DNA from: Chrysemys picta bellii
Lineage: Eukaryota
NCBI RefSeq assembly: GCF_011386835.1
Contig: NC_088791.1
Location: 349,804,001-349,868,000 of the forward strand
Length of the DNA stretch: 64,000 nt
Reading direction: 5' to 3'
Shown here: positions 47,057-61,033 of the stretch, piece by piece
How the letters are laid out: each line of letters starts with the position of its first letter
How positions within the stretch are numbered: position 1 is the first letter of the stretch
Translations under genes and position numbers: made by a program
The notes under the pieces: model-generated
Seen by the model: only the letters and a program-made list of their open reading frames with translations
What the model was told of the DNA's origin: nothing
Database searches by the model: none

Positions 47057-50000
47057 AGGGTGAGTTCACCACCTGGCTCCAACACTGGTGACATGGAAGA
47101 GGAAAAACACGAGCGATGGCCATGGCCATGTATTCCATCCTGGATCCTCTTCCCCTGAGCCTCTTTCCTGTGCCCCATCTCTTCTCTGAAGACCACAACT
47201 CTACTATTCCCCTTTAGCCGAGACTCTGCCCCCTTACCAGGCTGGAAGCCAGAGCCAGGCCTTGGTGAAAATTGCCCAAGGAACCAGAGCCACAGTGAGG
47301 TGCCCCACACTCTCCACATTTTATCCCCCAGGATTTACAAGTCAGGGAATGTGGAGAGTCTGGGGCTCCCCACAGCAACCTGTGCTCCCAAGGCAGCTCT
47401 TATCATGGCCTGACTCTGGCCTGGCTGGGAGGAGGAGCCTCGGAGAAAGTGGAGGAGCAAGAGGTTGGGCTTAGTGAGAAGATATGGGGCAGGGGACAGG
47501 GCTTCAGGGGAAAAAGGGGAGTAGGTTCTGAACCAATGCTGACCGCAGCAATCAGGACAGTGGGGCTGATCCTGAGTAAAGGAGGAGGCTGGGCCTGGAG
47601 GGTAGGAGATCTTGTGTTTCGGAGAAAACTAAATTAATGTGACCCCACAAAGGGGCATCTTGTTTTAAGTATCCCAGGCTGAGAGTAAGTCATTGAAAGG
47701 ACCATAGAGGGAAGGGCAGGGTGCCTGTAGGGCCAACTCAGACTCCAAGAGGGCACTCTGGGGTAGCCCCCATCCGCAGGGATTTGGCCAGAGTGGGCTG
47801 TGCTCTTGGAAGCCGTTACCTATGGGTGGATGTCAGCCCAGCCCCCAGGCTGCTCTAAACTCCGCTGAGGCTGGGGGAAAACAGGCCAGCGAATCAAACC
47901 CCTGGAACTGGCTCCTGGCCATCCCCACTCTCTGCAGCACAGCTAGGAACTCTGCTGGCACAGCAGAGAATGCAACTGGGCCTGTCTCTGCTCAGGTGTC
48001 TGGAAAGCTGGTCCTGTGGTCTGGGCACTGCTCGGTAACGCCAGACAGCTGGGTTGGATTCCCAGGCCATGCATGACTGTGGCCAAACCATTGGTGGATA
48101 ATAGCCTTGCCCTGCCTCACAGCGGTGGCGAGAAGATAAATACATTCAGTGCGGTGAGAGACTCTGAGACCCTAAGGTTAGAGCGGTGTCAGGGTTCCAC
48201 AGAGCAACACCTCTGATATTTGTCTAAAAAAGGTCTCTTACCACAGCCCCTGTGACAGATGGCTTCTGGGAAGCCCTGTGACTCCAGCATCTTGGTATCT
48301 GTGGCAGATGTTGGGGTGACAGCGAGGATTTCTGAGGGTAATGTTGGAATGTCCCAGAGACACCAGGAGTTTCAGCACAGTCACAGAACCAGTGATTGTA
48401 AGTCAATGAGGCTAAAAAGGTCTAACTGCCAAACTATGGATCAACAGCCATGGGGGCCTCATCTTAGATGGTCTGGCTGGGAGAAAGCAGTCTGAGGGCA
48501 AAGGTCAGCTTCACACCTTGGCCCTGTAACACAGACACGGCTGAGCACTATGGTGACTGGGCCCAGGCTCACACGGGTTTCAGCAAAGGCTACTTCCAAA
48601 AGAAAGGGGAAAACACATGGGAAGATGCTCTCAGAGACACAAGGAAACGAGGCTGGGTCCCGAGAGCTCCTTGTCTTCCCAAAAGAATGTAAATTGGGCC
48701 AGTTCTGTTTGCTAATAAACCCACTCATTTTAAAGAGGCTGGGAGTGACTGTATAGCTCTGGTCACAAGTAAGAGTCTCAAGTGTTCAATCAGTGCTGCT
48801 TGGTGATAAGCTTTTATCATAGATGGGATGTTGTTTCCAGCTCAAACAGTGGGACAATTAAAAACATAAGTATATAAGAACAGCCACACGGGGTCATACA
48901 AATGTTCCATCTAGCCCAGTATCCTGTCTTCCAATAGTGGCTAATGCCATGTGCCCCAGAGGGAATGAACAGAACAAGCAATCATCAAGTGATCCATCCC
49001 TTGTTGCCCATTCCCAAGTACTGGGAAACGTAAGCCAGAGATACCATCCCTACCCATCCTGACTAATAGGCATTGAAGGACCTCTCCTCCACTAATTTAT
49101 CTAGTTCTTTTTTGATCCCTGTTACAATCTTGTCTTTCACTCAATCCTCTGTCAAAGAATTCCATGGGATAGTCGTGTGTTTTGTGAAGAGATACTTCCT
49201 TTTGTTGTTTTAAACCTGTTGCCTATTAGTTTCATTTGGTGACCCTAGTTCTTGTGTTATGAGAAGAAGTAAATATCACTTCCCTATGAACTTTCTCCGC
49301 ACCTGCCATGATTAAATTGTGAGATTTCTCTCCTAACGGGAAAGGATCCGGTTTACAGGGTAGAGACCATATATCCTGGTTTCACTGTGACCATCTTGAG
49401 TCTTCTAGGCCAGCATATATTCTTGTTGAGTGATTATAACCTTTCAGAGTAGCAACTTTTTCCAGTTGCATCCAAAATAGAAATTCACTCAAGACAATAA
49501 ATCATAGATTCATAGAATTTAAGGAAAGAAGGGACCATTAGATTATCAAGTCTGACCTCCTGGAGAATTTCTCCCAGTTTACCCCATACTGAGTCCAATG
49601 ACTTGTATCTGACTATAACATCACTTCTGTTCATCTAAAGCGTATCTTTTAGGAAGGCATCACATATTCATTTGGACATATCTAGAGAATCCACAATGTC
49701 CTTTAGGAGTTTGTTCCCCTGAATCACCAACACAGTTAAAAATATGTGTGCCTCATTTCCAAATTTAAATCCTCTGGCTTCAGTTTCCAGCCATTGATCC
49801 TTGTTATATCTTTCCCTGCTAAGTTAAAGAACCTGTTAGCACTTGGTATTTCATTCCTATACATGTGCTTGTACACTGTTATCAAGTCAGTTCTCAATCT
49901 TCCCTAGTTTGACTCACTACGTGCCAGTTTATATGGCCAAGGGTAAGTTGGAACCAAGCAAGGAGGAGAAAGATGTTTTAGTCAGTCCCAGGATGATTGG

Positions 50001-50098
50001 GAGCCACCAGTGTGATGCAGGAATGAACAAAGCAAATGAGATCCTAGAATGTGTCAGGCGAGATAGGGAAGATAGGGAAGTATTAATATCCTTATAAC

Positions 50099-52294
50099 CC
50101 TCCTTCCAACACTACAAGAAGAAGAATTCTGCGTGGACTCCTCCTGCCGGGCGAAATGACAGATTGGACTTCTACAGAGAGTGCTTCCGCAGACTGAAAT
50201 TGTGAACAAACAGCATCACTTGCCCCATACAGAACAAAATGCCCTCCGCAGACTCAGAAACAACTCTGACATTATAATCAAAGGGGCCGAAAAATGAGGT
50301 GCTGTAGTCATTATGAACAGATCGGATTATGAACAGGAGGCTGCCAGGCAACTCTCCAAGACCACATTCTACAGGCCACTATTCTCCGATCCCACTGAGG
50401 CGTTCCAAAAGAAACTACACCGTCTTCTCAAGAAACTCCTTCCTATATCACAGGAACAAATCGACACAGACACACCCCTAGAGCCCCGACCAGGGATATT
50501 CTATCTGCTACCCAAGTTCCATAAACCTGGAATCCCTGGACGCCCCATCATCTCAGACATTGGCACTCTGACAGCAGGATTATCTGGCTATTTGGACTCT
50601 CTGCTCAGACCCTACTCTACCAGCACTCCCAGCTATCTTTGAGACACCACTGACTTCCTGAGGAAACTACAATGCATTGATGATCTTCCTGAAAACACCA
50701 TCCTGACCACCATGGATGTAGAAGCACTTTACACCAATATTCCACATGAGGATGGACTACAAGCTGTCAGGAACAGTATCCCTGATGAGGCCACAGCAAG
50801 CCTGGTGGCTGAGCTTTGTGACTTTGTCCTCACCCACAACCACTTCAGATTTAGGGACAACTTACACCTTCAAGTCACAGCACTGCTATGGGTACCCGCA
50901 TGGCCTCACAGTATGCCAACATTTTTATGGCTGACTTAGAACAACGCTTCCTCAGCTCTCGTCCCCTAGTGCCCCTCCTCTACTTGTGCTACATTGATGA
51001 CTCTATATGGACCCACGGGAAGGAGGACCTTGAAGAATTCCTCCTGGATTTCAACAATTTCTACTCCACCATCAACAACAGCCTGGATCAGTCCACATAA
51101 GAGATCCACTTCCTGGACACTACAGTGCAAATAAGTGATGGTCACATAAACACCATCCTATACCAGAAACCTACTGACCGCTATACTTACCTACATGCCT
51201 CCATCTTCCATCCAGGACACATCACACGATCCATTGTCCACAACCAAGCCGTAAAATACAAACACATTTGCTCCAATCACTCAGACAGAGACAAACACCT
51301 ACAGTATCTTTTATCAACCATTCTTAAAACTACAATACGCACCTGAGGAAGTGAGGAAACAGATTGACTGAGTGATACAGAAGTCACCTACTACAGGACA
51401 GGCCCAGCAAGGAAAATAACAGAATACCACTGGCCATCATATACAGCCCCCAGCTAAAACCTCTCCAGCACATCATCAACGATCTACAAACTATCCCTCA
51501 CTCTCACAAACCTTGGGAGGCAGGTCAGTCCTCACTTACAGACAGCCCTCCAACCTGAAGCAAATACTCACCAGCAACTACACACCCCACCACAGAAACA
51601 CTAATCCAGGAACCAATCTCTACAACAAACCACATTGCCTACTCTGTCCCCATATCTACTCTAGTGACACCATCACAGGAGCCAACCACATCAGCTACAC
51701 CATCAGGGGCTCATTCACCTGCATATCTACTAATGTGATATATGCCATCATGTGCCAGCAATGCCCCTCTGCCATGTACATTGGCCAAACCAGACAGGCT
51801 CTATGTAAAATAATAAATGGACACAAATCAGACATCAGGAATGATAATATACAGAAGCCAGTAGAAGAACATTTCAATCTCCCTGGACACTCAGTAACAG
51901 ATTTAAAAGTAGCCATACTTCAACAAAAAAACTTCAGAAAGAGACTTCAAAGAGAAACTGCAGAATCAAAATTCATTTGCAAATTTAACACCATTCATTT
52001 GGGCTTGAATAGGGACTGGGTGTGGCTGGCTCACTACAAAAGCAACTTTCCCTCTCTTGGTATGGACACCCCCTCATCAATTACTGGGAATGGACCACAT
52101 CCACCCTGTCCGAATTGGCCCTGTCAACACTGGTTCTCCACTTGTAAGGTAACTCCCTTCTCTTTGTGTATAATATTTAATGCATCTGTAGTTTTCACTA
52201 CATGCATCTGAAGAAGTGGGTTTTTTACCCACGAAAGCTTATGCCCAAATAAATCTGTTAGTCTTTAATGTACCATCGGACTTCTCATTGTTTT
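50099..52294 (+). mobile_element. Penelope-like retroelement, ~2.2 kb, 5'-truncated and frameshifted
   Basis: RT: FYLLPK.HKPG.PGRPIIS, MDVEALYTNIPH, YIDD. GIY-YIG: IYAIMCQQCPSAMYIGQT. 12-bp TSD TATCCTTATAAC / TATCCTTACAAC (50087-50098, 52295-52306). Empty site at ~36900-36912. Confidence 0.95.
52204..52244 (+). ncRNA. Minimal hammerhead motif at the Penelope 3' end
   Basis: GCAT-CTGAAGA-A-GTGGG(TTTTTTA)CCCAC-GAAA-GCTT-ATGC. Confidence 0.78.
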
Positions 52295-53090
52295 TATCCT
52301 TACAACAGACACTGGTCAGATTTCCTCTGGCAAACTGTGTAAAATTCTGGTCGTGCGTTTTACAGAAAGAAGAATTCAGACTGGAACAGGGGCAAAGAAG
52401 GGCTCCTAGGATGGTCAGCGTCAGGGAGGGTCTGACGTTTGGAGGAGACTGGAAGAACTTGGCTGTTCAGCATAAGACAATACAGGGTGCACGGGGATCA
52501 GATTGCTCTATAAATACATTGGGTCGGGGGAGTGGGAAACACCAGGGAGGGAGACAAGCTCCTGAAGCTAAAGGACAGCATTAACACAAGAACAAATGGG
52601 GACAAACTGGCCAAAATGAAACTGAGGCTGGAAATGAGAAGTTGGTTTCTGACCTTTAAAGTAGGAAGGTTCTGGAACAGCTGCCCCCCCCCCCTCCCCC
52701 AAAGTGGGGGAAACAACATTTGAAGATAGAGCTTGACAGGTTTATGCACTGGGCGATATGTCGGGCTTGCCTGTCATAAAGGGGGACTGGGCTTATGGAC
52801 CCAGGAGGTCCCTTTCAGTCTCATGTCCTTATGGGTCATATAGCCCATTTTGCATCACACTGGGAGCTCATATGGAGTTGCTTGTCCACTATGGCCCTGC
52901 TCTGTGCCCTGGCCGATGAATTTGTCCCTCAATAGATTCAAGAGAAAGCATGACTCAGCGTTATCATCTGGAAAAGGAATTGTTCTTGGGTTCCTGTTTA
53001 GTGATGTCACAGGAGTGTATTTCCCTGAGTTTCGGGTAATCTCAACATGCTGAGCCACCAGCTGCTCCCTCCCCAGCCACTAGCCCCATA

Positions 53091-53202
53091 GAGGAAGGAT
53101 GGTTCAGGGGTTAAAGTGCTGGCCTGGGACTCAGAGGAACTGGCTTCACTTCCAGGCTCTTCCACAGACTTCTTCTGTGACCTTGGGCAACTCACTTACT
53201 CC
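53091..53202 (+). mobile_element. tRNA-derived CORE-SINE (MIR-like)
   Basis: Paralog of 37682-37775, with ...TGTGACCTTGGGCAACTCACTTA. Confidence 0.65.
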
Positions 53203-54704
53203 ATCGGTCCCACAGCAACATGTGTTTTAATACGTCTCAATGTAAAGGTGTACCTCTAGGCAGAAGGGATACAGGAAATCGATATTGGATGGGGAACCGA
53301 ATCCAGGGAAGCAGGGACTCTGAACACTTTGGGGTCATAGTGGATAATAAGCTGAACATGAGCCCGTAGTGCCACACTATAGCCAAAAAAACCACCAATC
53401 CAGGACGTACAACCAGGGGGATCTTGAGTAGGAGCAGGGAGGTTATTTTACCTCTCTTGTTTGGCACTGGTGCGACCACTGCTGGGATATTGTGTCCAGT
53501 TCTGGTGTCTACAGTTCGAGAAGGACATTGATACAATGGAAAGAGTCCAGAGAAGAGCCACGAGAATGATTAAAGGATTAGAAAATCTGCCTTCTACTGA
53601 TAGACTAAAGGAGCTCAATCTACTTAGCTTAATGAAGAGAAGGGGAAGGGGCGACTTGGTCACAGTCTGTAAGTAGCTGCATGAGGAACAAACGTTTAAC
53701 AATGGGCTCTTCAATCTATCCGAGAAAGTTATAACAGGATCCACTGGCTGGCAGATGAAGCTACACACATTAAGATCGGAATGAATGTGTAATTTTTTTT
53801 TTAACAATGGGGGTATTTAACCATTGGAAAAATTTACCAAGGGCCGTGGTAGATTCTCCATCACTGACAATTGTTAAATCAAGGCAGGATGTAGTTCTAA
53901 CATCTCTGCTTTAGGACTTATTTTTTGGCAGGACTCTGGCCTGTGCTGTGCAGGGGGTCAGACTAGGTGATCACAGTGGTGCCTTCTGGCCTTGGGATCT
54001 GCCCAGTGGTGTTAATAGCATGGCCCTACTGCACGGTGTGTTGTACTGATAAATATGTTACAGATTGACAGGTGCTCGGATGCTACAGTAAGTGGGGATA
54101 TTGCTAAGTGCCATAGAGAGATTTCAGCTCTGTGTGCTTCATAAGGATGGTTTGGAACACTGGGTGGAGAACCTGAACTCTTCCCAACACCCCTTGGGGA
54201 TGAGGCCTGTCATTAGCACAGCCCCCTTTGAGGAGGGAGTTCTGTGCCCCTCCTGCAGCTCGGCAGTAAGAGGAAGAATCAGGACGTGTTTTCAGAGCGT
54301 GAAGGATCTGGGGAACATTGCCTGGCCGAGCAGAGCCCTGCTGGGCTGCCCCTGCCTCTGATCCTGATCCCCCTCTCTCTCCATGGACACTGAGAGCCGC
54401 TCTAGTGCTGCAGATAGACCTCACACCCTGCATCCACATTTCCAACATCACCAAGTTTGGGGATAGCTGGATCTGAGGAAGGGGGTTGTTTGGATCCCAA
54501 TGAGAGTTAGCAGCAGGCATTTGGAGCAGGGCTTTGATCACACCCCTTTCTAGTAAACATGTGCACAGCCTTGCTTAACTGCGTGTGCATGTCTCATGCC
54601 TAAACATGAGGAAAGACCCTCTGAGCTGTGCCTCAGGCACCAAGTGACTCTGCGAGCCAGTCACTGTCATGTCGGCTCTCTGTGCCAAAACCGTATTCCT
54701 TACA

Positions 54705-56075
54705 ACTGGAAACTATGGTTGAAACTATAGTGAAGACCAGAATGATCAGATACACAGATGAACACGATCTGTTGGGGAATAATCAACACAGCTTTTCAAA
54801 GGGAAATCGTGCCTCACCAATCTATTAGAACTCTATTAGCAGTCATGGGAGAAGAAGGGAGATTCTCTCATGGATCACTAACAGGTTAAAAGATAGGAAG
54901 CAAAGGGTAGCAATAAATGGTCAGTTTGCAAAATGGAGACAGGTAAACAGTGGCATCTTTCTGGGGCCTGTATTGGAACGAGTGTTGTTCAACATATTCA
55001 TAAATTATCTGGAAAAAGAGATTAACTGTGAGGTGGCAACATTTGCAAATGAAACAAAATTACTGAATATATTTAAGAAAAAATCAGATTATGAAGAGTT
55101 ACAACGCAATCTCACAAAAGTTGGTGAGTGGGCAACAAAATGGTAGATGAAATTCAGTGTTAAGACCTGCAAAGCAATACACATTAGAAAACATAATCCC
55201 AACTATACATACAAAATGATGGGGTCTAAATGAGCTGTTACCACTCAAGAAAGAGATCTTGGCATCATTGTGGATTGTTCTCTGAAAACATCCAGTCGTT
55301 GTGCAGCAGCAGTCAAAAAAGCGAACAGAATGTTAGGAACCATTAAGAAAGACATAGATAAGAAAACAGAAAATAACCCATTGACTCTATATAAATCCAT
55401 GATATGCCCACATCTTGAATACAGCGTGCAGTTCTGATCACCCCATCTCAAAAAAAGATATGTTAGAATTGGAGTAGGTACAGAGATGGGCAACAAAAAA
55501 ATGTTTAGGGGTATGTAACAGTCTCCATATGAGGAGAGATTCAAAAGATTGGGACTTCTCAGCTTGCAAAAGAGAAGACGAAGTGAGGATATGATAGAAG
55601 TCTATAAAATTATGTGTGGTGTGGAGAAAGTGAATCAGGAAGTGTTATTTATCCCTTCACAAAACACACTAACCAGGGGTCACCCATGAAGTTAATAGGC
55701 AGCACGTTTAAAACAAATAAAAGAAAGTCCTTCTTCACACGATGCACAGTCAGCCTGTGGAAGTCATTGCCGGGGATGTTGTGAGGGCCAGGAGTATAAC
55801 TGGGTCAAAAACAGAACTAGGTAAGTTTAAGGAGGATAGGTACATCTGTGGCTATTTGTGGCAAGATGGTCTGGGATGCAACACCATGCCCCAGGCGTCT
55901 CTAAACCTCTGACTGCTAGAAGATGGGAGCAGATGACGGGAGATGGATCACGCAATAATTGCCCTGTTCTGTTCATTCCCTCTGAAGCATCTGCACTGGC
56001 CACTGTCAGAAGACAGGACGCTGAGCTAGATGGACCATTCGTCTGAATCAATATGACCATTCTTCTGTTCTTAAA
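54705..56075 (+). mobile_element. Old CR1 RT region through 3' end
   Basis: NQHSFSKG..CLTNLLE, ...FADETKL..., PHLEY.VQF, and a GTTCTTA terminus. Confidence 0.88.
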
Positions 56076-56166
56076 TCCTCTGATGGATGGGCTGCTGAAG
56101 AGAAGCCTTTTCCAGGAGCTCCCTTTGTTATAGAGCTGGTGTAGCCACCCTAGCAGACACCCGTGG

Positions 56167-56383
56167 TAGGGTGACCATATGTCACTCTTTTAAGCCCTGT
56201 CCCATGAAGTAATGCCAGGCCCCCAGATGGGTAAAGCAGAGCTGGGATGGGGGCAGTGTCCCAGCCTACAGTGACAGCCTCCTCAGACCTGAGTGGGTCC
56301 CTATAGGGTTCCAGCAACGGGCGGCAACCTCACATGGTGGGGCACCTTCGCGTGATTTCTCTTTGGGAAATATGGTAATCCTA
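56167..56383. mobile_element. hAT-like MITE (same insertion as 6604-6934)
   Basis: TIRs TAGGGTGACCATAT / ATATGGTAATCCTA. Confidence 0.72.
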
Positions 56384-58088
56384 AGGGCCTGCTCAGTGTG
56401 GGAGGCTGATGCAGGGCTAGTGCTGCCACCTAGAGGTGTGGTCCTGTAGCACAAGGGACAGAGGCGCATGGGGTGAGTTTTCACGGAAAATGGATCATTG
56501 TTCTCTGAAAGCTCAGCTGCTATGATGCTGCCCAGCTGCAGCTGCCTGGATCCCCAAGAGAAATGGAGGCTTTTCATCTGCCTCGTCCTCGTATCATAAA
56601 TGAAGGTGGCACTGATGGAGTCTATGGCGGCACCCTGGGGATGGAAAGGTCAAAACCTCCTGACATATCTATGGCTGAGGTATTGTGCCCCTCAGCTACT
56701 CTAACCAACCCTCCCATCTCTGTGCAGCCTCCTCCACCCTGGGCAATGTCTCTTCAACACATCGTGCGGGCAGTGGCTACAGTGACAGGCCCTGGTAGCA
56801 CATCACTGATGAACCTGTGCTAGCAGAGAGCAAGAGAGGGTCCTAGAGCAGTTGTGGAAGCACAAAGATTGTGGGTGGGTGGCCTAGCTACCAGTGGATC
56901 ACTGAGATCTGTACCTCACTTTGGGGATCCCAGGATCCTGGGTCCCCCTGCTTATTGCTTAAGGAGAAGGGAAGGGACCTCCCCGCCTTGAACTAACTGA
57001 GGGAAGTTTCCCTGTAAGGAGCCTTGTGGAATCTCCCTTCCCTGGCCGGCACCTGGGTTTGTAATGCTTGGGAGAAATCTGGTCCTATTTTATTACTATT
57101 ATTATTATTCTGTTTTATTTTTTTTCAGCAACCTTACAGCAGTGACAGCCTCATCGTTACCACTAGGCCACCCCCAAGGTAGACATGTGACTAATCTGAA
57201 TAATGCAAACAGTGATGACGAGCCCGGATTCCAGGAATAGGGCCTGCAGCAGGGCTGGTGCTGCAGTCCGGTTGACTAGCATCACCCCACGTCCCCTGTG
57301 ATTTGGCCTCCTGCAGTTTGCCATTGGCCATGACGGGGTTAAAGCTGGTGCACACAAAGCCAAGCAGCTGAGATTCCCTCATGGCCAAGTGGCCCCCAAG
57401 GGAATGTGCAAACATGCTTCATATACACAGTTGCCTCCATATCTGAACCGATACTAGCTGCTGCCTATACAACATCTCCGATAGCTCCTTGTCCTCTTGG
57501 GTGAAGACTTCCGGTGTCAGCAGTTCCCCTTTTGAAGGAACTGGGTATGTTGGCAGATTTCACTACCTTTAAAATGTGCAGTGAAGGGGAAAGGCTGCAA
57601 ACTGTTTCCATTTGCAGATGTTCTGTGCAGCGGCAGAGGGCTGTCAGGGTGATTCAGTAACAGGGGATGGAGGGCAGGCAGGGCTAGGTAGCTTGGGAAC
57701 CTCTCCCCTACATCTGCCCATGCTGCTCCGTGAGTTACTCAAGTTGCACAAAAATCTGATATTCAAAGCGAGCTCAGAATGTTAAAACTCCGATGCCCCA
57801 AGTCAGGATTTCACAAGGGGTCCCATTTCTAGAGGTGCCGTGTGCTCTGGGCCCGATCCTGCCAGGGGCTGAGTGAGAAGAGACCCCACAGAATATCAGT
57901 GACTAGTTCCAAAATCATCTCGGGTTTATTTTCCCAGAGAAGTTTAATCAGCAAATGCGTTTTCAAAGGTTTTATACTCTGGCTCGATTGTCATCACAGG
58001 AATTCAGAGCTGTGTTGCTCTGTGGTACCAGCTGCAATAGGGCATATTTCCGTTTCCTGACTGGCAGAGGGCTCCTGCATTTCTATGC

Positions 58089-58880
58089 TGTAGATACCCA
58101 TCAGAGTTCCAGGGCTACCAGCATCTCTGTCCCCTCTCTGGTCTTTGAGTGCCAGATGTCAGGCCTTGCAGTCTTCCCCCTCATAGGGTGGAATCCTGTG
58201 ATGCTCCCACCCGCAGACTGGGCCCTTGGCTACAGCACACTCTGGGTCAACTGTGCTTGCTCAGCAAGTCTGAGTGGGTTCGGCACCGGTGGTTCTTCCC
58301 TTTGGGAGTCTGTGGCTAGTGGTCAGACGAGTTACTAGCCAGCCTTCTAGAACCAAAATACTGTTTAATCTGAATATTAAGAATGAAGCGTAACATGGGA
58401 GAACAAGAGGGTTTTAAAACAGCAGTCTGTACACGTCTCTGACCCCAAACCCTACTCCTCTGACGGGGACCCAGGCAGGCTGAGGGCCTTAAGACTTCCC
58501 AGGGGTGTCTGTGCCTGTCAATCTGAAGAGGTTCTCAGTAACAACTGCCCCATCTCTGGACAAACTCCCAGTGCTGGCAAAACAAGCTGTGTAACGTGGC
58601 TGGAGCCCGGAAATAGGCTCTTCCCAGCTTGTAGCTCCGGTGTTGTCTCTCGACCCCCTGCGGTGCTGACTGAGCGATGGCTTTTCTTGAGCTGTTGCTT
58701 CCCTTCTTACTTATTTTCCAGCCTCCTGCTGTTAAACTAGGAAGATCCATACTGGTTTCACCCAATACAGCCATAACATAATCATCCCAAATGTTAACCC
58801 TATATAGCTCTACAGCAAACATCCCCAGAACTGGGTTTAACATACACAGTTAATGGCAGCTCAGCTCCATGTCTGTCACA
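58089..58880. mobile_element. Solo LTR (TG...CA), Gypsy-like
   Basis: 792 bp, TGTAGA...TGTCACA, perfect 4-bp TSD ATGC (58085-58088, 58881-58884). Confidence 0.8.
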
Positions 58881-60833
58881 ATGCTGTTCCCAGATGCTAT
58901 GTATTTTATGAATACAAGACACAGACAGTCAAAGAGCGAGAGAGCGAGAGCAATAGACAACTTTCACATGTGAAATGAAGTTCCATTTCCACGAATACTC
59001 CTGTATTTGACTTTGAAATCCACTTCCTGCAAACCCTACTCATGCCTGAATAACAGGTGCTGGGGTTACTATGTACTAGAGAGTGAAAGCTCAGGGAATG
59101 AATATTTTATATACCAATCCCACTGCCTGTTACCACTCCAGGTACAGGCTACAGACTGGCAGAACAGAACCTGAGGAGAACCAGTCAGCTAATAACCCAG
59201 GAACAGAGGAGCTACTAGACTTCTGTTTGCTGACAAGCGACTGAATGAGGGCTGAGATGCTGGGATCTTTTCAGATTCTGAAGAAATCCAGGTGACAGAT
59301 GCTACATTTTAAGTCCCACTGTAACCTGAGAAATCATCTCTGAAAGAAGAGGTGAGGGGAAAGAATCGGTTGATATGTGTGTGCTAAACTACAGATGTGG
59401 AAATGTTATGCCAAAACTTTTCACTGTAATACAAATATTACAAACCAAACTTTCATAACATGCCTGTATATTGAAAGCCAGAAGCAGAGTTGTTGGAATC
59501 TCTACAGCAAGCAGCAGTGGAAAATTTACTGCTTAATGGCTTTTACTTTAGAAAGTATTTCAGAAGTTCTCCACATACTTTTTGCAATGGTTTGTGCTAA
59601 TAACTCTTTGTGCAGTGAACAGTTGTATAATAGTATCCCCTGGTAACTGACCAGAAGCTGTTTCTAACACTTACATTCAGGGTCATGAACAGAATCCCTC
59701 ACAGATAACACTGCAAGTCTGTCCAAAAAGTTATTGCTGAGGTGCAGGAAAGGGGAGTGTTATATTAGTTGTAAGTAATTTATGCCCATCACATCTTACA
59801 TGAGCATGGATATTAGAGCAAACCTAGTGTTTGCATATTCACCCGTGACGCCAATCCCTCCCCTGCCCAGCCAAAGTAACTGTCTGTGTTAGCTTGAAAC
59901 TTGTCAAGTATCTAGACCCTTGCATGGGGAGAGGAGGCAGGTCCTGTGAGGAAGATCGAATGCTCAGGATTCAGTTAACATTGGCCTGGCAAAGCACTTC
60001 AGCTTCCCTTGGAGGGATTCTTGGGGGTTAGAGTGTATCACTGGGAGGACATGGTAAGGGACAGTTAATAGAGCCCGGTTCTGACTGAATTTACACATGT
60101 AAATCTGGAGCAACCCAGTTGAAGTCACTATTATGTAATTAAGAATCTGTCATTAAGAATTTATCCCATGTGCTGGAAAGAGACAGTGGAATAATTTGAA
60201 GTCTCAGGAGTGGAGAAAATAAAAAGTATATATATGAGCCAATGAAACACGTTTATAAATAGCTTCAATGCAGGGCAGATAAATACAATGATCGTCTTCA
60301 CCATGCACTTGCCATGTGTTTGTAGAAGTCATGATACAATGGGGGACACTCAGAAGTGGAGGGACAGAAAGGGTGTCTGTGTGAAGGTCACAATTGTAAA
60401 ATCACACCATGCTCAAGTAGGCTGTGGAACTCCAAGCCAGAAGATATCAATGGGGCCAAGAGCTTCTCAGGATTCACAGAGAGATGGGATATTTAAATGG
60501 GTAATTAGGAAATCCAATTACAATACTGAGAATTTTTTTTAAAAATGTCTTGTAAGGGCTGTAAACCTTCCTGATTTACACGACAAAATATGTCTAATTA
60601 CTAGGTGTCAGGGTAAAACTTTCCCTGGGATCAGGGTATCTCTTAGTTCCCTATTGCAGGGCTTCCTCCATCTTCCTTTGCAGCATCTCGTACTGGCCAC
60701 TGGATACTGGGCTAGACAGGCTGTAGGTCTGTGCTTGTCTGACAGTGCCCATCTTCCTATTGGTGGTCTAATTCCAAGACCATGTTTTTGCTGTTTTTCC
60801 TTGAGGTCCTGGGAATCTCTAGATTTGCACTAA

Positions 60834-61033
60834 AAAGAACAGGAGTACTTGTGGCACCTTAGAGACTAACAAATTTATTAGAGCATAAGCTTTTTGATAT
60901 GCATCCGAAGAAGTGGGTTGTAGCCCACGAAAGCTTATGCTCTAATAAATTTGTTAGTCTCTAAGGTGCCACAAGTACTCCTGTTCTTTTTGAGGATACA
61001 GACTAACACGGCTGCTACCCTGAAACCTGTCAT
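60834..61033 (+). mobile_element. Penelope terminal-repeat mini-element with inverted arm
   Basis: 14-bp TSD TAGATTTGCACTAA (60820-60833, 61034-61047). 62-bp inverted arms (60832-60893 / 60930-60991). Empty site at ~46010-46025. Confidence 0.92.
60901..60940 (+). ncRNA. Minimal hammerhead motif, U4C core variant
   Basis: GCAT-CCGAAGA-A-GTGGG(TTGTAG)CCCAC-GAAA-GCTT-ATGC. Confidence 0.62.
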
